Shown here piece by piece: positions 7,926 through 18,363 of a DNA stretch of 32,000 nucleotides. The DNA comes from Pseudomonas aeruginosa (GTDB lineage Bacteria; Pseudomonadota; Gammaproteobacteria; Pseudomonadales; Pseudomonadaceae): positions 4,110,001 to 4,142,000 of the forward strand of contig NZ_LN831024.1 in assembly GCF_001457615.1 (NCBI RefSeq), given 5' to 3'. The translations under genes and the position numbers were made by a program. Under the pieces are notes generated by a model. The model worked only from the letters and a program-made list of their open reading frames with translations, did no database searches and was not told the origin of the DNA. Position 1 is the stretch's first letter. Each line of letters starts with the position of its first letter.

Positions 7926-8011
7926 TATTTATATTTTCACGCGTCCGCCTGTGGCGCGCAATTCCCGTTATCCACGGCGAGCGAAGAACCGTTCGCCACA
8001 GAGGTTATCCC

Positions 8012-9517
8012 ATGTTCCGGCAGAACCGCTGGCTGGTCCTGGCCATCGTCTCCAGCGCCCTGTTCCTCATCATCATCGACATGACCGTGCTCTACACGGC
8101 CCTGCCGCGCCTGACCCACGACCTCGGCGCGACGGCCGCGGAGAAACTCTGGATCGTCAACGCCTATCCGCTGGTGGTCGCCGGCCTGCTGCCCGGCGCC
8201 GGCTTGCTCAGCGACCGCCTTGGCCACAAGCGGCTGTTCCTCGCCGGCCTGCCGCTGTTCGGCCTGGCCTCGCTGTGCGCCGCCTTCGCCCCCAGCGCCG
8301 CGGCGCTGATTGCCGCCCGCGCCGGGTTGGCGGTGGGCGCGGCGCTGATGATGCCGGCGACCCTGTCGATCGTCCGCCATGTCTTCCAGGACGAACGCGA
8401 ACGCGCCCTGGCCATCGGCATCTGGGCCTCCGTCGCCTCTGCCGGCGCGGCGCTGGGGCCGGTGGTCGGCGGCGTGCTGCTGGAGTTCTTCTGGTGGGGC
8501 TCGGTGTTCCTCATCAACGTCCCGGTGGTGGCCATCGCCCTGTTGCTGGCGCTGCCGGCCATCCCGGCCTGCGGCGGCCAGTCACGGCGACCATGGGACG
8601 CCCTCGGCTCGCTGCAGGTGATGTTCGGCCTGGTCGGGGTGGTGTATGCGATCAAGGAACTCAGCACACGCGCCCCGGACTTCGGGCTGGCCGTCCTGGC
8701 CGCGCTCGGCGGCATGCTCTGCCTGTACCTGTTCGTCCGCCGCCAGCGCCGCGCCCGCGAACCGATGATCGACTTCGCGCTGTTCCGCAACCGGCGCTTC
8801 GCCCGCGGCGTCGCGGTGGCCCTGGTGGCGACCATGGCGCTGGTCGGCATGGAACTGGTGTTCAGCCAGCACCTGCAACTGGTGCAGGGCCTGACGCCGC
8901 TGAAGGCCGGCCTGTTCGTCCTGCCGATCCCGCTGGCCTCGCTGGTGGTCGGGCCGCTGGCCGGTTGGCTGGTGCCGCGCTGGGGCGAGAACCGGGTGAT
9001 GTGCGCCTCCCTGCTGCTCGGCAGCGCCGGATTGCTCGGCCTGGCCCTGTCCTACCAGGCCGCCACCGGAGCGCAACTGGCCAGCCTGGTGCTGCTCGGC
9101 GTCGGCTTCGGCGGCGCGATGACCGCCGCCTCCACCGCGGTGATGCTCAACGTGGACGAACAGAGTTCCGGAATGGCGGCCGCCATCGAGGACGTGTCCT
9201 ACGAACTGGGCGGGGTGATCGGCGTGACCCTGCTCGGCAGCCTGATGAGTTTCGTCTACGGGATGTCGCTGAGGCTGCCCTCGGCCGAGCTGCCGGCGCG
9301 GGTCCGCGACAGCCTCGACGACGCCCTGTTGGTCGCCGAGGGCCTGGCGCCGGAGGTCGCGTCGCGGCTCGTCGAGCTTGCCCGGCAGGCTTTCGACCAG
9401 GCCTTCGTCGCCGTGCTGCTGGCCGCCGCCGCGCTGCTCTTCCTCAGCGCCATGGCGGTCCTGCGCCAGCCGCGTCCGGCTACAGAGCCAGCGCCACCAG
9501 CACCGCACACTCGGTAA
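8012..9517 (+). CDS. MFS efflux transporter, DHA2 (EmrB/QacA-like, 14-TMS) family
   Basis: 501-aa hydrophobic ORF. Motif A GLLSDRLGHKRLF. Length and TM count typical of DHA2. Divergent from the TetR gene. Confidence 0.85.
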   Translation: MFRQNRWLVLAIVSSALFLIIIDMTVLYTALPRLTHDLGATAAEKLWIVNAYPLVVAGLLPGAGLLSDRLGHKRLFLAGLPLFGLASLCAAFAPSAAALIAARAGLAVGAALMMPATLSIVRHVFQDERERALAIGIWASVASAGAALGPVVGGVLLEFFWWGSVFLINVPVVAIALLLALPAIPACGGQSRRPWDALGSLQVMFGLVGVVYAIKELSTRAPDFGLAVLAALGGMLCLYLFVRRQRRAREPMIDFALFRNRRFARGVAVALVATMALVGMELVFSQHLQLVQGLTPLKAGLFVLPIPLASLVVGPLAGWLVPRWGENRVMCASLLLGSAGLLGLALSYQAATGAQLASLVLLGVGFGGAMTAASTAVMLNVDEQSSGMAAAIEDVSYELGGVIGVTLLGSLMSFVYGMSLRLPSAELPARVRDSLDDALLVAEGLAPEVASRLVELARQAFDQAFVAVLLAAAALLFLSAMAVLRQPRPATEPAPPAPHTR

Positions 9518-10217
9518 GTTCGACCAGCGCGCCGGCGGTGTCCCCGGTGGTGCCGCCGAGGCGCGCGAGGAAACGGCTGCGCAGCCAGGCGAAGAGCATC
9601 AGCGTCACCAGCAACGCCAGCAGGCCGGCCAGGCCGAACGCCAGGGCCAGGCCGAAACTCACCCCCAGCACCCACGGCAGGCTGCGCGCCGGCAGGTGCT
9701 CGGCGATGGCCTGGCCGAGGCCGCCGGGGCGCGCGTAGGGCGTGGTCAGGAACAGCAGCGGCAGGCTGCTGCGCGCCAGCCACGGGGCCAGCGGCAACAA
9801 CCCGGCCTCGCCCTGGCCGAGCAGCGCCGCCAGGGCGGAGAACTTCAACAACAGGACCAGTACCAGGACCACCACCGCCACCGGGCCGCTGCGCGGGTCC
9901 TTCATGATCGCCAAGGTCCGCTCGCGGTCGCCCAGCCCGCCGATCCAGGCGTCCGCCATGTCGGCCAGGCCGTCCAGGTGCAGCGCGCCGCTCAGCGCTA
10001 CCCACAGGCTCAGCAGCAAGGCTGCCTGCAACAGCGGCGGCGTACCGTCGAGCGACCGCGCCGCGGCGTACAGCACGACGCCGATCAGCACCCCGACCAG
10101 TGGATAGCAGAGCACCGCGCGGCCGAACTGTTCCGGCGTCGGCATCGCCGACAGGCGCACCGGCAGGCGGGTGAGGAACTGCAAGGCGACCAGCAGTGAG
10201 CGCAAGGCTTCGCGCAT
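9480..10217 (-). CDS. cobS: adenosylcobinamide-GDP ribazoletransferase / cobalamin synthase (CobS; CobV in Pseudomonas naming)
   Basis: Internal ATG at 10217 (MREALRSLLVALQFLTRLPV...) gives a 245-aa polytopic membrane protein with the CobS N-terminal LQFLTRLP motif. The track ORF up to 10985 is a spurious extension antisense to and out of frame with cobC. Confidence 0.85.
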   Translation of the reverse strand: MREALRSLLVALQFLTRLPVRLSAMPTPEQFGRAVLCYPLVGVLIGVVLYAAARSLDGTPPLLQAALLLSLWVALSGALHLDGLADMADAWIGGLGDRERTLAIMKDPRSGPVAVVVLVLVLLLKFSALAALLGQGEAGLLPLAPWLARSSLPLLFLTTPYARPGGLGQAIAEHLPARSLPWVLGVSFGLALAFGLAGLLALLVTLMLFAWLRSRFLARLGGTTGDTAGALVELTECAVLVALAL

Positions 10218-10219
10218 GG

Positions 10220-10804
10220 CTATTCCCCTTCCCGGCATTCGTGCCAGCGATCGTCGCCCTCTCCGGCGCGCAGGCCGAACAGTGCGCCATGACCGACGTC
10301 CACCTGCAGCAAGTGCTCGCGCGGCAGGCCACGGGCGCGAGCGAGCAACAGGCGTATGACGCCGCCATGGGTCACCAGCAGCACACGACGGCCGGCATGA
10401 CGCTGGCGCAGGCGTCGCTGGGCGGCCAGCACCCGCGCCTCGAACTCGGACAGCGGCTCGCCGCCCGGCGGGGTAAAGGCGTAGGGATCGGCCCAGAAGC
10501 GGCCGAGCGCCTCGCTGTGGCCGTCCATCAGGGCGGCCGCCGAGCGCCCCTCCCAAGCGCCGAAATGCAGTTCGCGCAGATCGTTTTCCAGTTCCAGCTC
10601 GATCCCCTGGCGCTGCGCCAGTTCCTCGGCGAAGGCGCGGCAACGTTGCAATGGCGAGCTGACCAGCAGGTCCCAGCGTCCGCCTTCCACCGCCGTGCGC
10701 ATCTGCGCCCAGCCACGCGCGGTCAAGGCGTCGTCGAGGCTGCCGCGGAAACCGCCGCCGGACTCGGTTTCGCCATGCCGCAGGAGGTCCAGGCGCAGGC
10801 TCAT
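10220..10804 (-). CDS. cobC: alpha-ribazole-5'-phosphate phosphatase (histidine phosphatase family)
   Basis: Internal ATG at 10804 ([17 protein letters not shown]...) carries the RHGE catalytic motif of the phosphoglycerate-mutase-like family. 194 aa. The start overlaps the cobT stop (ATGA). Confidence 0.8.
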   Translation of the reverse strand: MSLRLDLLRHGETESGGGFRGSLDDALTARGWAQMRTAVEGGRWDLLVSSPLQRCRAFAEELAQRQGIELELENDLRELHFGAWEGRSAAALMDGHSEALGRFWADPYAFTPPGGEPLSEFEARVLAAQRRLRQRHAGRRVLLVTHGGVIRLLLARARGLPREHLLQVDVGHGALFGLRAGEGDDRWHECREGE

Positions 10805-11856
10805 GCCGGGCGGTCCGAGACCGCCGCTTCGGCGAAGGTCGCCATCCCCGCGTGCAGCGCGCAGGCCTGGCGCAGCAGCGGCACCGCCAGCGCCGCGCCG
10901 CTGCCCTCGCCCAGGCGCAGGCCGAGGTCGAGCAGCGGTTGCGCCGCCAGGGCTTCGAGCACATGCCGATGGCCCGGCTCGGCACCGCTGTGGGCGAACA
11001 GCAGCCAGTCGCGGCAGGCCGGGTTCAGGCGCACCGCGCAGAGCGCCGCGACGCTGCAGATGTAGCCGTCGACCAGGGCGACCATGCCTTTCTGCGCGCA
11101 GGCCAGGTAGGCGCCGGCCAGCGCGGCGATCTCCAGGCCACCGAGACGGCGGAGGGTTTCGAAGGGGTCGGCGCGATGGGCGCCGTGCAGGGCCAGGGCA
11201 CGCTCGATCACCGCGGCCTTGTGCGCCACGCCGCTGGCGTCCAGCCCGGTTCCCGGCCCGACCAGCGCGCTCGCCGGCGCATCCAGCAGCGCGCAGGCGA
11301 TGGCCGCCGCCGCGGTGGTATTGCCGATGCCCATCTCGCCGCCGATGAACAGCTGGCTGCCGGCCTGCTCGGCGCGGCGCACGCTTTCGCGCCCGGCCTC
11401 GAGCGCCAGCAGGCACTGTTCGGCGCCCATCGCCGGGGCCTCGACGAAGTTCGCGGTGCCCGCCGCCAGGCGCAGGTGACGCACGCCGGGCAAGGCTTCC
11501 AGGGGGAACGCGGTGCCCAGGTCGACCACCTCCAGGCCGGCGCCGAGTTCGCGCGCCAGCACGCTGATCGCCGCGCCGCCGCGGACGAAGTTGCGCAGCA
11601 TCTCGCCGGTGACCGCCTGCGGATAGGCCGAGATGCCCTCGGCGACTACCCCGTGGTCGCCGGCGAAGACCGTCACCCAGATCCTCTCCAGGCTCGGTCG
11701 TTCGCGCCCCTGCAACGCCGCCAGGTCGATCGCCACTTGCTCCAGGCGGCCCAGCGAGCCGCGCGGCTTGGTCAACCGGTCCTGGCGTTCGGCCGCGCGC
11801 CGGCGCATCTGCGGGTCCGCCTCGCGGCAGGTGTCGCGCCACCATTGCAGACTCAT
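10801..11856 (-). CDS. cobT: nicotinate-nucleotide--dimethylbenzimidazole phosphoribosyltransferase (CobT; CobU in Pseudomonas naming)
   Basis: Internal ATG at 11856 ([10 protein letters not shown]...) with AGGAGAAC SD. 351 aa. Signature [15 protein letters not shown]. Confidence 0.9.
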   Translation of the reverse strand: MSLQWWRDTCREADPQMRRRAAERQDRLTKPRGSLGRLEQVAIDLAALQGRERPSLERIWVTVFAGDHGVVAEGISAYPQAVTGEMLRNFVRGGAAISVLARELGAGLEVVDLGTAFPLEALPGVRHLRLAAGTANFVEAPAMGAEQCLLALEAGRESVRRAEQAGSQLFIGGEMGIGNTTAAAAIACALLDAPASALVGPGTGLDASGVAHKAAVIERALALHGAHRADPFETLRRLGGLEIAALAGAYLACAQKGMVALVDGYICSVAALCAVRLNPACRDWLLFAHSGAEPGHRHVLEALAAQPLLDLGLRLGEGSGAALAVPLLRQACALHAGMATFAEAAVSDRPA

Positions 11857-12374
11857 AGCGGTTCTCCTTTCAACGGCATGGGCAGGCCGGCGACGGTGAA
11901 GGTCACCCGTTCGCAGCGTTTGGCGATGGCCTGGTGCAGCCAGCCGGCCTCGTCGACGTAGCGCCGGCTGAGTTCGCCCAGCGGCACCACGCCGAGCCCG
12001 GTTTCGTTGCTGACCAGGATGATCCGTCCCGGCAGCGCGCCGAGACATTCCAGCAGCGCCTCGCGCTCGCCGTCGAGACGCTGGGGATCGTCGCAGAGCA
12101 GCAGGTTGGTCAGCCACAGGGTCAGGCAGTCGACCAGCAGGCAGCGTCCGGCCTCGGCCTCGCTGCGCAGCGTCGCCGCCAGCGCCAGAGGCTCCTCCAG
12201 GGTTCGCCAGTGGGCCGGGCGGCGCGCGCGGTGCTCGGCGATGCGCCGGCCCATTTCGCCGTCGCCGGCCTGGGCGGTGGCGATGTAGCTCACCGCCAGC
12301 CCGCTCTCGGCGGCCAGGCGCTCGGCCAGGCGGCTCTTGCCGGAACGGGCGCCGCCAAGGATCAGGTCACGCAT
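11853..12374 (-). CDS. cobU: adenosylcobinamide kinase / adenosylcobinamide-phosphate guanylyltransferase (CobU; CobP in Pseudomonas naming)
   Basis: Internal ATG at 12374 ([18 protein letters not shown]...) with P-loop GGARSGKS. 173 aa. The stop overlaps the cobT start (ATGA). Confidence 0.9.
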   Translation of the reverse strand: MRDLILGGARSGKSRLAERLAAESGLAVSYIATAQAGDGEMGRRIAEHRARRPAHWRTLEEPLALAATLRSEAEAGRCLLVDCLTLWLTNLLLCDDPQRLDGEREALLECLGALPGRIILVSNETGLGVVPLGELSRRYVDEAGWLHQAIAKRCERVTFTVAGLPMPLKGEPL

Positions 12375-13839
12375 GGGGTTCTCCGCAGAGGGCGAGCAAT
12401 CGCCCGGTATCCAGGTGGCGCTCGACCAGGTCGGCGAGCCGCTCGATGTCGCGTTCGCGCAAGGCCTGGTAGTCCACCGCCTGGACCTCGCGCAGGCCGG
12501 CCCAGCGCAGCAGCGCCGAACAGGCCGCGGTGGATTCGAACAGGCCGTGCAGGTAGGTGCCCATGACGTTCCCGTCGACGCTACGGGCACCATCCGCGCG
12601 GCCATCGTCGAGCACCACCGCCGGCCGCGCCAGGGCCTCGCCACGGGTGACCCCGGCATGGATCTCGTAGCCCGACAGCGGCGCATCCTCCAGGCTCAGG
12701 CGGCCCTGTACGTTGCGCAATTGCTTGTCCGCCTCAAGGGTCGTTTCCAACGCCAGCAGGCCGAGGCCAGCGCTGCTGCCGGCCGCGCCTTCCAGGCCGA
12801 GCGGATCGTGCAGGCGCTCGCCGAGCATCTGCAGGCCGCCGCAGATCCCCAGCAGGCGACCGCCGTAGCGCAGGTGACGGAGGATCGCCTCGTCCCAGCC
12901 GCGCTCGCGCAGCGCCGCGAGGTCGGCGCGCACGCTCTTCGAGCCGGGCAGGACGATCAGGTCCGCCGACGGCAGCGCCTGGCCGGGGCCGACGAAGCTC
13001 AACTCGACCTGGGGGTGCAGGCGCAGCGGATCGAAATCGGTGTGGTTGCTGATCCTCGGCAGCACCGGCACCACCACCTTCAGGCGCGGCCCGACCTTGG
13101 CCGCCTGGCGCGTGTCGATGGCGTCCTCCGCCTCCAGGTGCAGGTCGCTGACATAGGGCAGCACGCCGAGCACCGGCTTGCCGGTGCGCGCCTCCAGCCA
13201 GTCGAGGCCGGGTTGCAGCAGGGCGATGTCGCCGCGGAAGCGATTGATGACGAAGCCTTTGACCCGCTCCCGCTCCGAGTCGGAGAGCAGTTCCAGGGTG
13301 CCGACCAGGTGGGCGAAGACCCCGCCGCGGTCGATATCGGCGACCAGGATAACCGGGCAATCCACCGCTTCGGCGAAGCCCATGTTGGCGATGTCGTTGG
13401 CGCGCAGGTTGATCTCCGCCGGCGAGCCGGCGCCCTCCACCATCACCACCCGGTAGGCGGCGGCGAGCCGCCCATGGGAAGCCAGCACCGCTTCCATCGC
13501 CACGCGCTTGTAGTCGTGGTAGGCGGCGGCGTCCATGCTGGTCACCGCGCGGCCATGGATGATCACCTGGGCGCCGATGTCGGTGTTCGGCTTGAGCAGC
13601 ACCGGGTTCATGTCGGTGTGCGGCGCCAGCCGACAGGCCTGGGCCTGGACCGCCTGGGCGCGGCCGATCTCGCCGCCGTCGGCGGTGACCGCGCTGTTCA
13701 GCGCCATGTTCTGCGGCTTGAACGGCACCACCGCGACGCCGCGCCGGGCCAGCCAGCGGCACAGCGCGGTCACCAGGGTGCTCTTGCCGGCGTCCGAGGT
13801 GGTGCCCTGGACCATCAGGGTCCGTCCGCGATCACTCAT
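12367..13839 (-). CDS. cobQ: cobyric acid synthase (CobQ/CbiP)
   Basis: Internal ATG at 13839 ([21 protein letters not shown]...). 490 aa. N-terminal CobQ/DTBS-like ATPase motif and C-terminal glutamine amidotransferase nucleophile [12 protein letters not shown]. Confidence 0.9.
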   Translation of the reverse strand: MSDRGRTLMVQGTTSDAGKSTLVTALCRWLARRGVAVVPFKPQNMALNSAVTADGGEIGRAQAVQAQACRLAPHTDMNPVLLKPNTDIGAQVIIHGRAVTSMDAAAYHDYKRVAMEAVLASHGRLAAAYRVVMVEGAGSPAEINLRANDIANMGFAEAVDCPVILVADIDRGGVFAHLVGTLELLSDSERERVKGFVINRFRGDIALLQPGLDWLEARTGKPVLGVLPYVSDLHLEAEDAIDTRQAAKVGPRLKVVVPVLPRISNHTDFDPLRLHPQVELSFVGPGQALPSADLIVLPGSKSVRADLAALRERGWDEAILRHLRYGGRLLGICGGLQMLGERLHDPLGLEGAAGSSAGLGLLALETTLEADKQLRNVQGRLSLEDAPLSGYEIHAGVTRGEALARPAVVLDDGRADGARSVDGNVMGTYLHGLFESTAACSALLRWAGLREVQAVDYQALRERDIERLADLVERHLDTGRLLALCGEPHA

Positions 13840-14827
13840 GAGCAGGCTCCTTGAAGCCGAGCAGCGCGGCATCCAGCCGGGCCCAGGCGGCCTCGTCGGC
13901 GGGCAGGCCGAGGCGCAGGCTGGCCGGCTGCTCGAACTGGCGGGTGAGGATGCCGCGCCGCGCCAGGTAGTCGTGCAACGCCGCGCAGCGTGGATCGACC
14001 AGGCGCTGGAACAGCGCGCTGCCGCCCGCCGGCGGCCAGCCGTGGCGGCGCAGCAGTTCCTCCAGGCGCTGGCTGGCGGCCAGCAGGCGCTCGCGCTGCT
14101 GGCGCTGTTGCTGGCGGTCGCGCAAGGCGCTCTGGGCCACATGGCGCACCGGGCCATTGACCGTCCACGGACCGAGCTGCTCGGCCAGCGCCTGCAACAG
14201 CGGCCGTTCGCCGAGGGCGAAGCCGAGCCGCGCACCGGCCAGGCCGAAGAACTTGCCGAACGAGCGCAGCACGATCAATCCGGGTCGGTTGCTACAGGCC
14301 GCCAGGCTCGACTGCGGGGTGCAGTCCATGAACGCCTCGTCGACCAGCAGCCAGCCGCCGCGACGTTGCAGGCGGGCATGCCAGGCCAGCAGCTCGGCGG
14401 GCTCGAAGACCCGCCCGGTGGGGTTGTTCGGGTTGACCACCAGCAGCACGTCGAGGCTGTCGAGATAGGGCTCGACCTCGGCCTCGCCGATCTCCCGCAC
14501 CAGGTGCCCGGCCTGGCGCCAGGCGTGGGCGTGCTCGGCATAGCACGGCGACAGGACGCCGACCCGCCCGCCCCGCCGCATCCTCGGCAGGGCCTGGATC
14601 GCCGCCTGGCTGCCAGCCAGCGGCAATACCCGTTCGGCGCCGTAGTAGAGGCAGGCGGCGGCTTCCAGGCCGTCGTCGCTCTCCGGCAGGCGGGTCCAGG
14701 CCTGCTCGGGGATCGCCGGCAGCGAAAACGGCCAGGGCGCGATGCCGGTGGACAGGTCCAGCCAGTCCGCCAGCGGAATGTCGTAACGGCGCGCCGCCTC
14801 GCGCAACCGCCCTCCGTGTTCAAGCAT
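13832..14827 (-). CDS. cobD: L-threonine-O-3-phosphate decarboxylase (CobD, Salmonella naming; annotated cobC in Pseudomonas)
   Basis: Internal ATG at 14827 ([28 protein letters not shown]...). 331 aa. Class I/II aminotransferase fold with PLP-lysine motif [15 protein letters not shown]. Confidence 0.85.
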   Translation of the reverse strand: MLEHGGRLREAARRYDIPLADWLDLSTGIAPWPFSLPAIPEQAWTRLPESDDGLEAAACLYYGAERVLPLAGSQAAIQALPRMRRGGRVGVLSPCYAEHAHAWRQAGHLVREIGEAEVEPYLDSLDVLLVVNPNNPTGRVFEPAELLAWHARLQRRGGWLLVDEAFMDCTPQSSLAACSNRPGLIVLRSFGKFFGLAGARLGFALGERPLLQALAEQLGPWTVNGPVRHVAQSALRDRQQQRQQRERLLAASQRLEELLRRHGWPPAGGSALFQRLVDPRCAALHDYLARRGILTRQFEQPASLRLGLPADEAAWARLDAALLGFKEPAHE

Positions 14828-15758
14828 GCAGCCACCCCATGGCCCAGAGTCCGGCCAGCACCAGCAGCCAGAGCAGCACGCCCTGGCGCACCAGCGCCAG
14901 GGCCCGATAGATGTCGCGGCCCTGCGGCTGCGGGCCGCTGCCGAGGAGCGGCCGCTGGTGCAACTCGCCGTGGTAGATCGCCGCGCCGCCCAGGGAAACC
15001 CCCAGCGCACCGGCGCCGGCGGCCATCACCGGGCCGGCGTTGGGGCTGTCCCATTGCGGCGCCTGCTCGCGCCAGCAGCGCAGGGCCTGGCGGGTGTCGC
15101 CGAGCAGCGCGTAGGTCAGCGCCACCAGCCGCGCCGGCAGGTAGTTGAGGATGTCGTCGATCTTCGCCGCGGCCCAGCCGAAGCGCTCGAAGCGCGCGTT
15201 GCGGTAGCCCCACATCGCGTCCAGGGTATTGCTCAGGCGATACAGCACCACCCCCGGCGCGCCGGCCACGGCGAACCAGAACAGGGCGGCGTAGACCGCG
15301 TCGCTGCCGTTCTCCAGTACCGACTCGGTGGCCGCGCGGGCGACCCCGGCCTGGTCCAGTTCGCGGGTATCGCGGCTGACCAGGTAGCCGACACGTCGCC
15401 GCGCCTCGTCCAGGTCGCCGGCGCGCAAGGCCAGCGCCACCGGTTCGGCGTGCTCGCCGAGGCTGCGCAGGCCGAGCGCGGCGTACAGCGCCAGGGCCTG
15501 GACCAGCCAGCCGAGGTAGGGAAGTTCAGCGAGCGCCCAGGCCAGCAGGGTCAGCGGCAGTACCGCGAGGACCCAGGCGGTCACCCCATGGCTGCGCCAG
15601 CCGACCCCGGGATCGCCCTCGCCGGCCAGGCGCGAGCGGTTGAAACGGCGCTCCAGGCGGTCGGCCAGGCGGCCGAAGGCGACCAGCGGGTGCCAGCCCT
15701 GCGGCTCGCCGAAGCGCGCATCCAGCACCACGCCGAGGATACCCAGCAGTGCGCTCAT
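14820..15758 (-). CDS. cbiB: adenosylcobinamide-phosphate synthase (CbiB; cobD in Pseudomonas naming), membrane protein
   Basis: Internal ATG at 15758 ([19 protein letters not shown]...). 312 aa. CobD/CbiB family motifs LDAMWGYRN and [15 protein letters not shown]. Confidence 0.9.
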   Translation of the reverse strand: MSALLGILGVVLDARFGEPQGWHPLVAFGRLADRLERRFNRSRLAGEGDPGVGWRSHGVTAWVLAVLPLTLLAWALAELPYLGWLVQALALYAALGLRSLGEHAEPVALALRAGDLDEARRRVGYLVSRDTRELDQAGVARAATESVLENGSDAVYAALFWFAVAGAPGVVLYRLSNTLDAMWGYRNARFERFGWAAAKIDDILNYLPARLVALTYALLGDTRQALRCWREQAPQWDSPNAGPVMAAGAGALGVSLGGAAIYHGELHQRPLLGSGPQPQGRDIYRALALVRQGVLLWLLVLAGLWAMGWLHA

Positions 15759-16411
15759 GCTCGCTCGCCCCAACGGTTCTGGTAGACCAGCTCGGCCAGC
15801 GGACGCGGTTCGCTCCAACCCTCCAGCGCCAGCATCGGCGCCGGGTAGAACTCCGCCACCGGGCCCAGGCAGAGCACCGCCACCGCCTCGCTGCCGGGCG
15901 GCAGGCCGAGCAACTCGCCCAGCGCGGCCGGATCGAACAGCGATACCCAGCCCATCCCCAGGCCCTCGGCGCGACTGGCCAGCCAGAGGTTCTGGATCGC
16001 GCAGGCGAGCGACGCCAGGTCCATCTGCGGCAGGGTCCGGCGACCGAACACATGGCGTTCGCGGTCGTCCATCAGGGCGGCGACCAGCAGTTCGGCGCAA
16101 TCCAGCACGCCCTCGACCTTGAGCCGCATGAACTCGTCGGAGCGCTCGCCGAGGGCTTCGGCGGTGCGTCCGCGTTCCTCCTCGACCAGCCCGTGGATGG
16201 CCCGCCGCAACGCCGGCTCGGTGATACGGATGAAGCGCCAGGGTTGCATCAGGCCAACGCTGGGCGCCTGGTGTGCGGCCTCCAGCAGCCGCGCGAGCAG
16301 CTCCGGCGCCACGCTGCCGCCGCTGAAGTGGCGCATATCGCGGCGCTCGGCGATGGCCCGGTAGACGGCGGCGCGCTCCGTGGCGCTGAAGGCGTGGGAA
16401 GAATCGGACAT
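15755..16411 (-). CDS. bluB: 5,6-dimethylbenzimidazole synthase (BluB, nitroreductase-fold flavin destructase)
   Basis: 218-aa ORF of the nitroreductase family with the BluB-like N-terminus ([18 protein letters not shown]). Located inside the cob operon. The stop overlaps the cbiB start (ATGA). Confidence 0.8.
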   Translation of the reverse strand: MSDSSHAFSATERAAVYRAIAERRDMRHFSGGSVAPELLARLLEAAHQAPSVGLMQPWRFIRITEPALRRAIHGLVEEERGRTAEALGERSDEFMRLKVEGVLDCAELLVAALMDDRERHVFGRRTLPQMDLASLACAIQNLWLASRAEGLGMGWVSLFDPAALGELLGLPPGSEAVAVLCLGPVAEFYPAPMLALEGWSEPRPLAELVYQNRWGERA

Positions 16412-16412
16412 G

Positions 16413-17720
16413 TCAGTCGGCGTCTCGCGCGGGCGCCAGCAACGCAGCGGCGGCCTGCGGGTTGGAAGGCAGGTAGAAATGGATATAGGAAGCCGTCAGC
16501 CGGCCAAGACGGAACACCGCCTCCGCCGTGTTCCGGCCGTTCGGGCAGACGCCACGGGCCAGAGGCTCGACGGCGCAGTCGAGGGTCGAGTGATGGAAGG
16601 TATGCCCGCGCAGCCGCCCTTCCGGCAGCTCGACCTCCTGCAAGGCCAGGGCGGTCAGGCGCTTCTGCAGGCGCGCCCGGCCCGGCAGCAGGCCGAGCAG
16701 TTCGCCGCGCTCGCCGTCGGCGTCTTCCAGGCAGTCGAGCAGGTAGAGCATGCCGCCGCACTCGGCCAGCAGCGGCTTGCCGGCGGCATGGTGGGCTCGG
16801 ATCGCCTCGGCCATGGCGCGATTGCCCTGCAGGCGCCCCAGGTGCAGTTCGGGGTAGCCGCCCGGCAGGTACAGGCTGTCCACGGCGGGCAACGCCTGGT
16901 CCTGCAGCGGCGAGAAGAACGCCAGTTCGGCGCCGAGTTCGCGCAGCAGGTCGAGATTGGCCTGGTAGAGGAAGGCGAACGAGGCATCGCGAGCCACGCC
17001 GATGCGCACGCCTTCCAGGCTGCGTTGCAGCGGCGCCGGAGCGGGCACCTCGAAGGTCACCGGCTCCGGCAGGTCGGTCTCGGCGCTGGCCCGCAAGGCG
17101 TCGGCGGCGGCGTCCAGGCGCGCATCGAGATCGGCCAGTTCCTCGGCCTGGACCAGGCCCAGGTGGCGGCTCGGCAGTTCGAATTCGGCCGAGCGCGGCA
17201 GGCCGCCGAACCAGCGCATGCCGGGCGGCAGGCAATCGCGCAGGATGTCGCTGTGGCGCTGGCTGCCGACGCGGTTGCCGAGCACTCCGGAAAACGGCAG
17301 GTCCGGCTGGAAATGCGCCAGGCCGTAGGCTAGCGCGCCGAAGGTCTGGGCCATCGCCGCGCCGTTGATCACCCCCAGCACCGGCACGCCGAAACGCCGC
17401 GCCAGGTCTGCCGCCGAGGGGTTGCCATCGAACAGGCCCATCACCCCTTCGATGAGGATCAGGTCGGCCTCGCCGGCGGCCCGCGCCAGCAGGCGTCGCG
17501 CTTCGGCCTCGCCGACCATCCACAGGTCGAGCTGGTAGACCGGCGCGCCGGAGGCGCGGGCGAGGATCATCGGGTCGAGGAAGTCCGGCCCGCACTTGAA
17601 CACCCGCACCCGCCGCCCCTGGCGCGCATGCAGGCGGGCCAGGGCGGCGGTGACGGTGGTCTTGCCCTGGCCGGAGGCCGGGGCGGCGATCAGCAGGGCC
17701 GGACAGCGTGCCTGGGTCAT
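16413..17720 (-). CDS. cobB: cobyrinate/hydrogenobyrinate a,c-diamide synthase (CobB/CbiA)
   Basis: MTQARCPALLIAAPASGQGKTT nucleotide-binding motif and C-terminal GATase nucleophile LLAECGGMLYL. I prefer the ATG at 17720 (GGAG upstream) over 17741. Confidence 0.88.
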   Translation of the reverse strand: MTQARCPALLIAAPASGQGKTTVTAALARLHARQGRRVRVFKCGPDFLDPMILARASGAPVYQLDLWMVGEAEARRLLARAAGEADLILIEGVMGLFDGNPSAADLARRFGVPVLGVINGAAMAQTFGALAYGLAHFQPDLPFSGVLGNRVGSQRHSDILRDCLPPGMRWFGGLPRSAEFELPSRHLGLVQAEELADLDARLDAAADALRASAETDLPEPVTFEVPAPAPLQRSLEGVRIGVARDASFAFLYQANLDLLRELGAELAFFSPLQDQALPAVDSLYLPGGYPELHLGRLQGNRAMAEAIRAHHAAGKPLLAECGGMLYLLDCLEDADGERGELLGLLPGRARLQKRLTALALQEVELPEGRLRGHTFHHSTLDCAVEPLARGVCPNGRNTAEAVFRLGRLTASYIHFYLPSNPQAAAALLAPARDAD

Positions 17721-17751
17721 GGGCGAAGCGTCTCCGCGCATGGCGCCGGCA

Positions 17752-18363
17752 TCAGAATTCCACTCCTTTCTGCGCCTTGATCCCGGCCTTGAACGCGTGC
17801 TTGACCAGGCTCATCTCGGTCACCGTGTCGGCGGCCTCGACCATCCCCGGCTGCGCGCCGCGGCCGGTCACCACCACATGCTGCATGGCCGGGCGCGCCT
17901 GGATGTCGGCGAGGACCCTGTCCAGTTCCAGGTAGCCGTGCTTGAGGGCGATGTTCAATTCGTCCAGCACCACCAGGCCCACGTCCGGGTCGGCCAGCAA
18001 TTGCGCGGCGACCTTCCAGGCTGCCTCGGCCTTGGCGATGTCGCGCTGGCGGTCCTGGGTCTCCCAGGTGAAGCCCTCGCCCATCACGTGGTAGCTGACT
18101 TCCTCGGGGAAGCGCCGGAAGAAGGCTTCCTCGCCGGTGCTGGCGGCGCCCTTGATGAACTGCACAACGCCGACCTTCATGCCATGGCCCAGGGCCCGCG
18201 CGACCATGCCGAAGGCCGAGCTGCTCTTGCCCTTGCCGTTGCCGCTATGCACCAGGAGCACGCCGCGTTCGTCGCGGGCCTGGGCGATCTTCTCGTCAAT
18301 CACGGCCTTCTTGCGCTCCATCCGCTCGCGGTGGCGCTGGTCCTTCTCGGGGGATTCGTTCAT
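17752..18363 (-). CDS. cobO: cob(I)yrinic acid a,c-diamide / cob(I)alamin adenosyltransferase (CobO/CobA/BtuR)
   Basis: 203-aa ORF with AAGGAG SD. P-loop HSGNGKGKSSSAFG and the VVLDELN motif typical of CobA-type adenosyltransferases. Confidence 0.9.
   Translation of the reverse strand: MNESPEKDQRHRERMERKKAVIDEKIAQARDERGVLLVHSGNGKGKSSSAFGMVARALGHGMKVGVVQFIKGAASTGEEAFFRRFPEEVSYHVMGEGFTWETQDRQRDIAKAEAAWKVAAQLLADPDVGLVVLDELNIALKHGYLELDRVLADIQARPAMQHVVVTGRGAQPGMVEAADTVTEMSLVKHAFKAGIKAQKGVEF

Noticed and set aside
7549-9738. 729-aa plus-strand ORF overlapping the TetR gene (antisense) and the MFS gene (out of frame)
   Set aside because: The Arg/Pro/Gly-rich translation is typical of an off-frame reading of GC-rich coding DNA. 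The in-frame MFS and antisense TetR calls explain the region.
9480-16100. Track ORFs giving much longer versions of the cob genes, for example 501-aa cobS, 541-aa cobC, 438-aa cobT, 277-aa cobU, 622-aa cobQ, 392-aa cobD and 426-aa cbiB
   Set aside because: The N-terminal extensions are Arg/Pro/Gly-rich nonsense that overlaps the upstream gene. In each case an internal ATG begins the recognisable family sequence and lies at, or within 2 nt of, the upstream gene's stop (ATGA or 8-nt overlaps).
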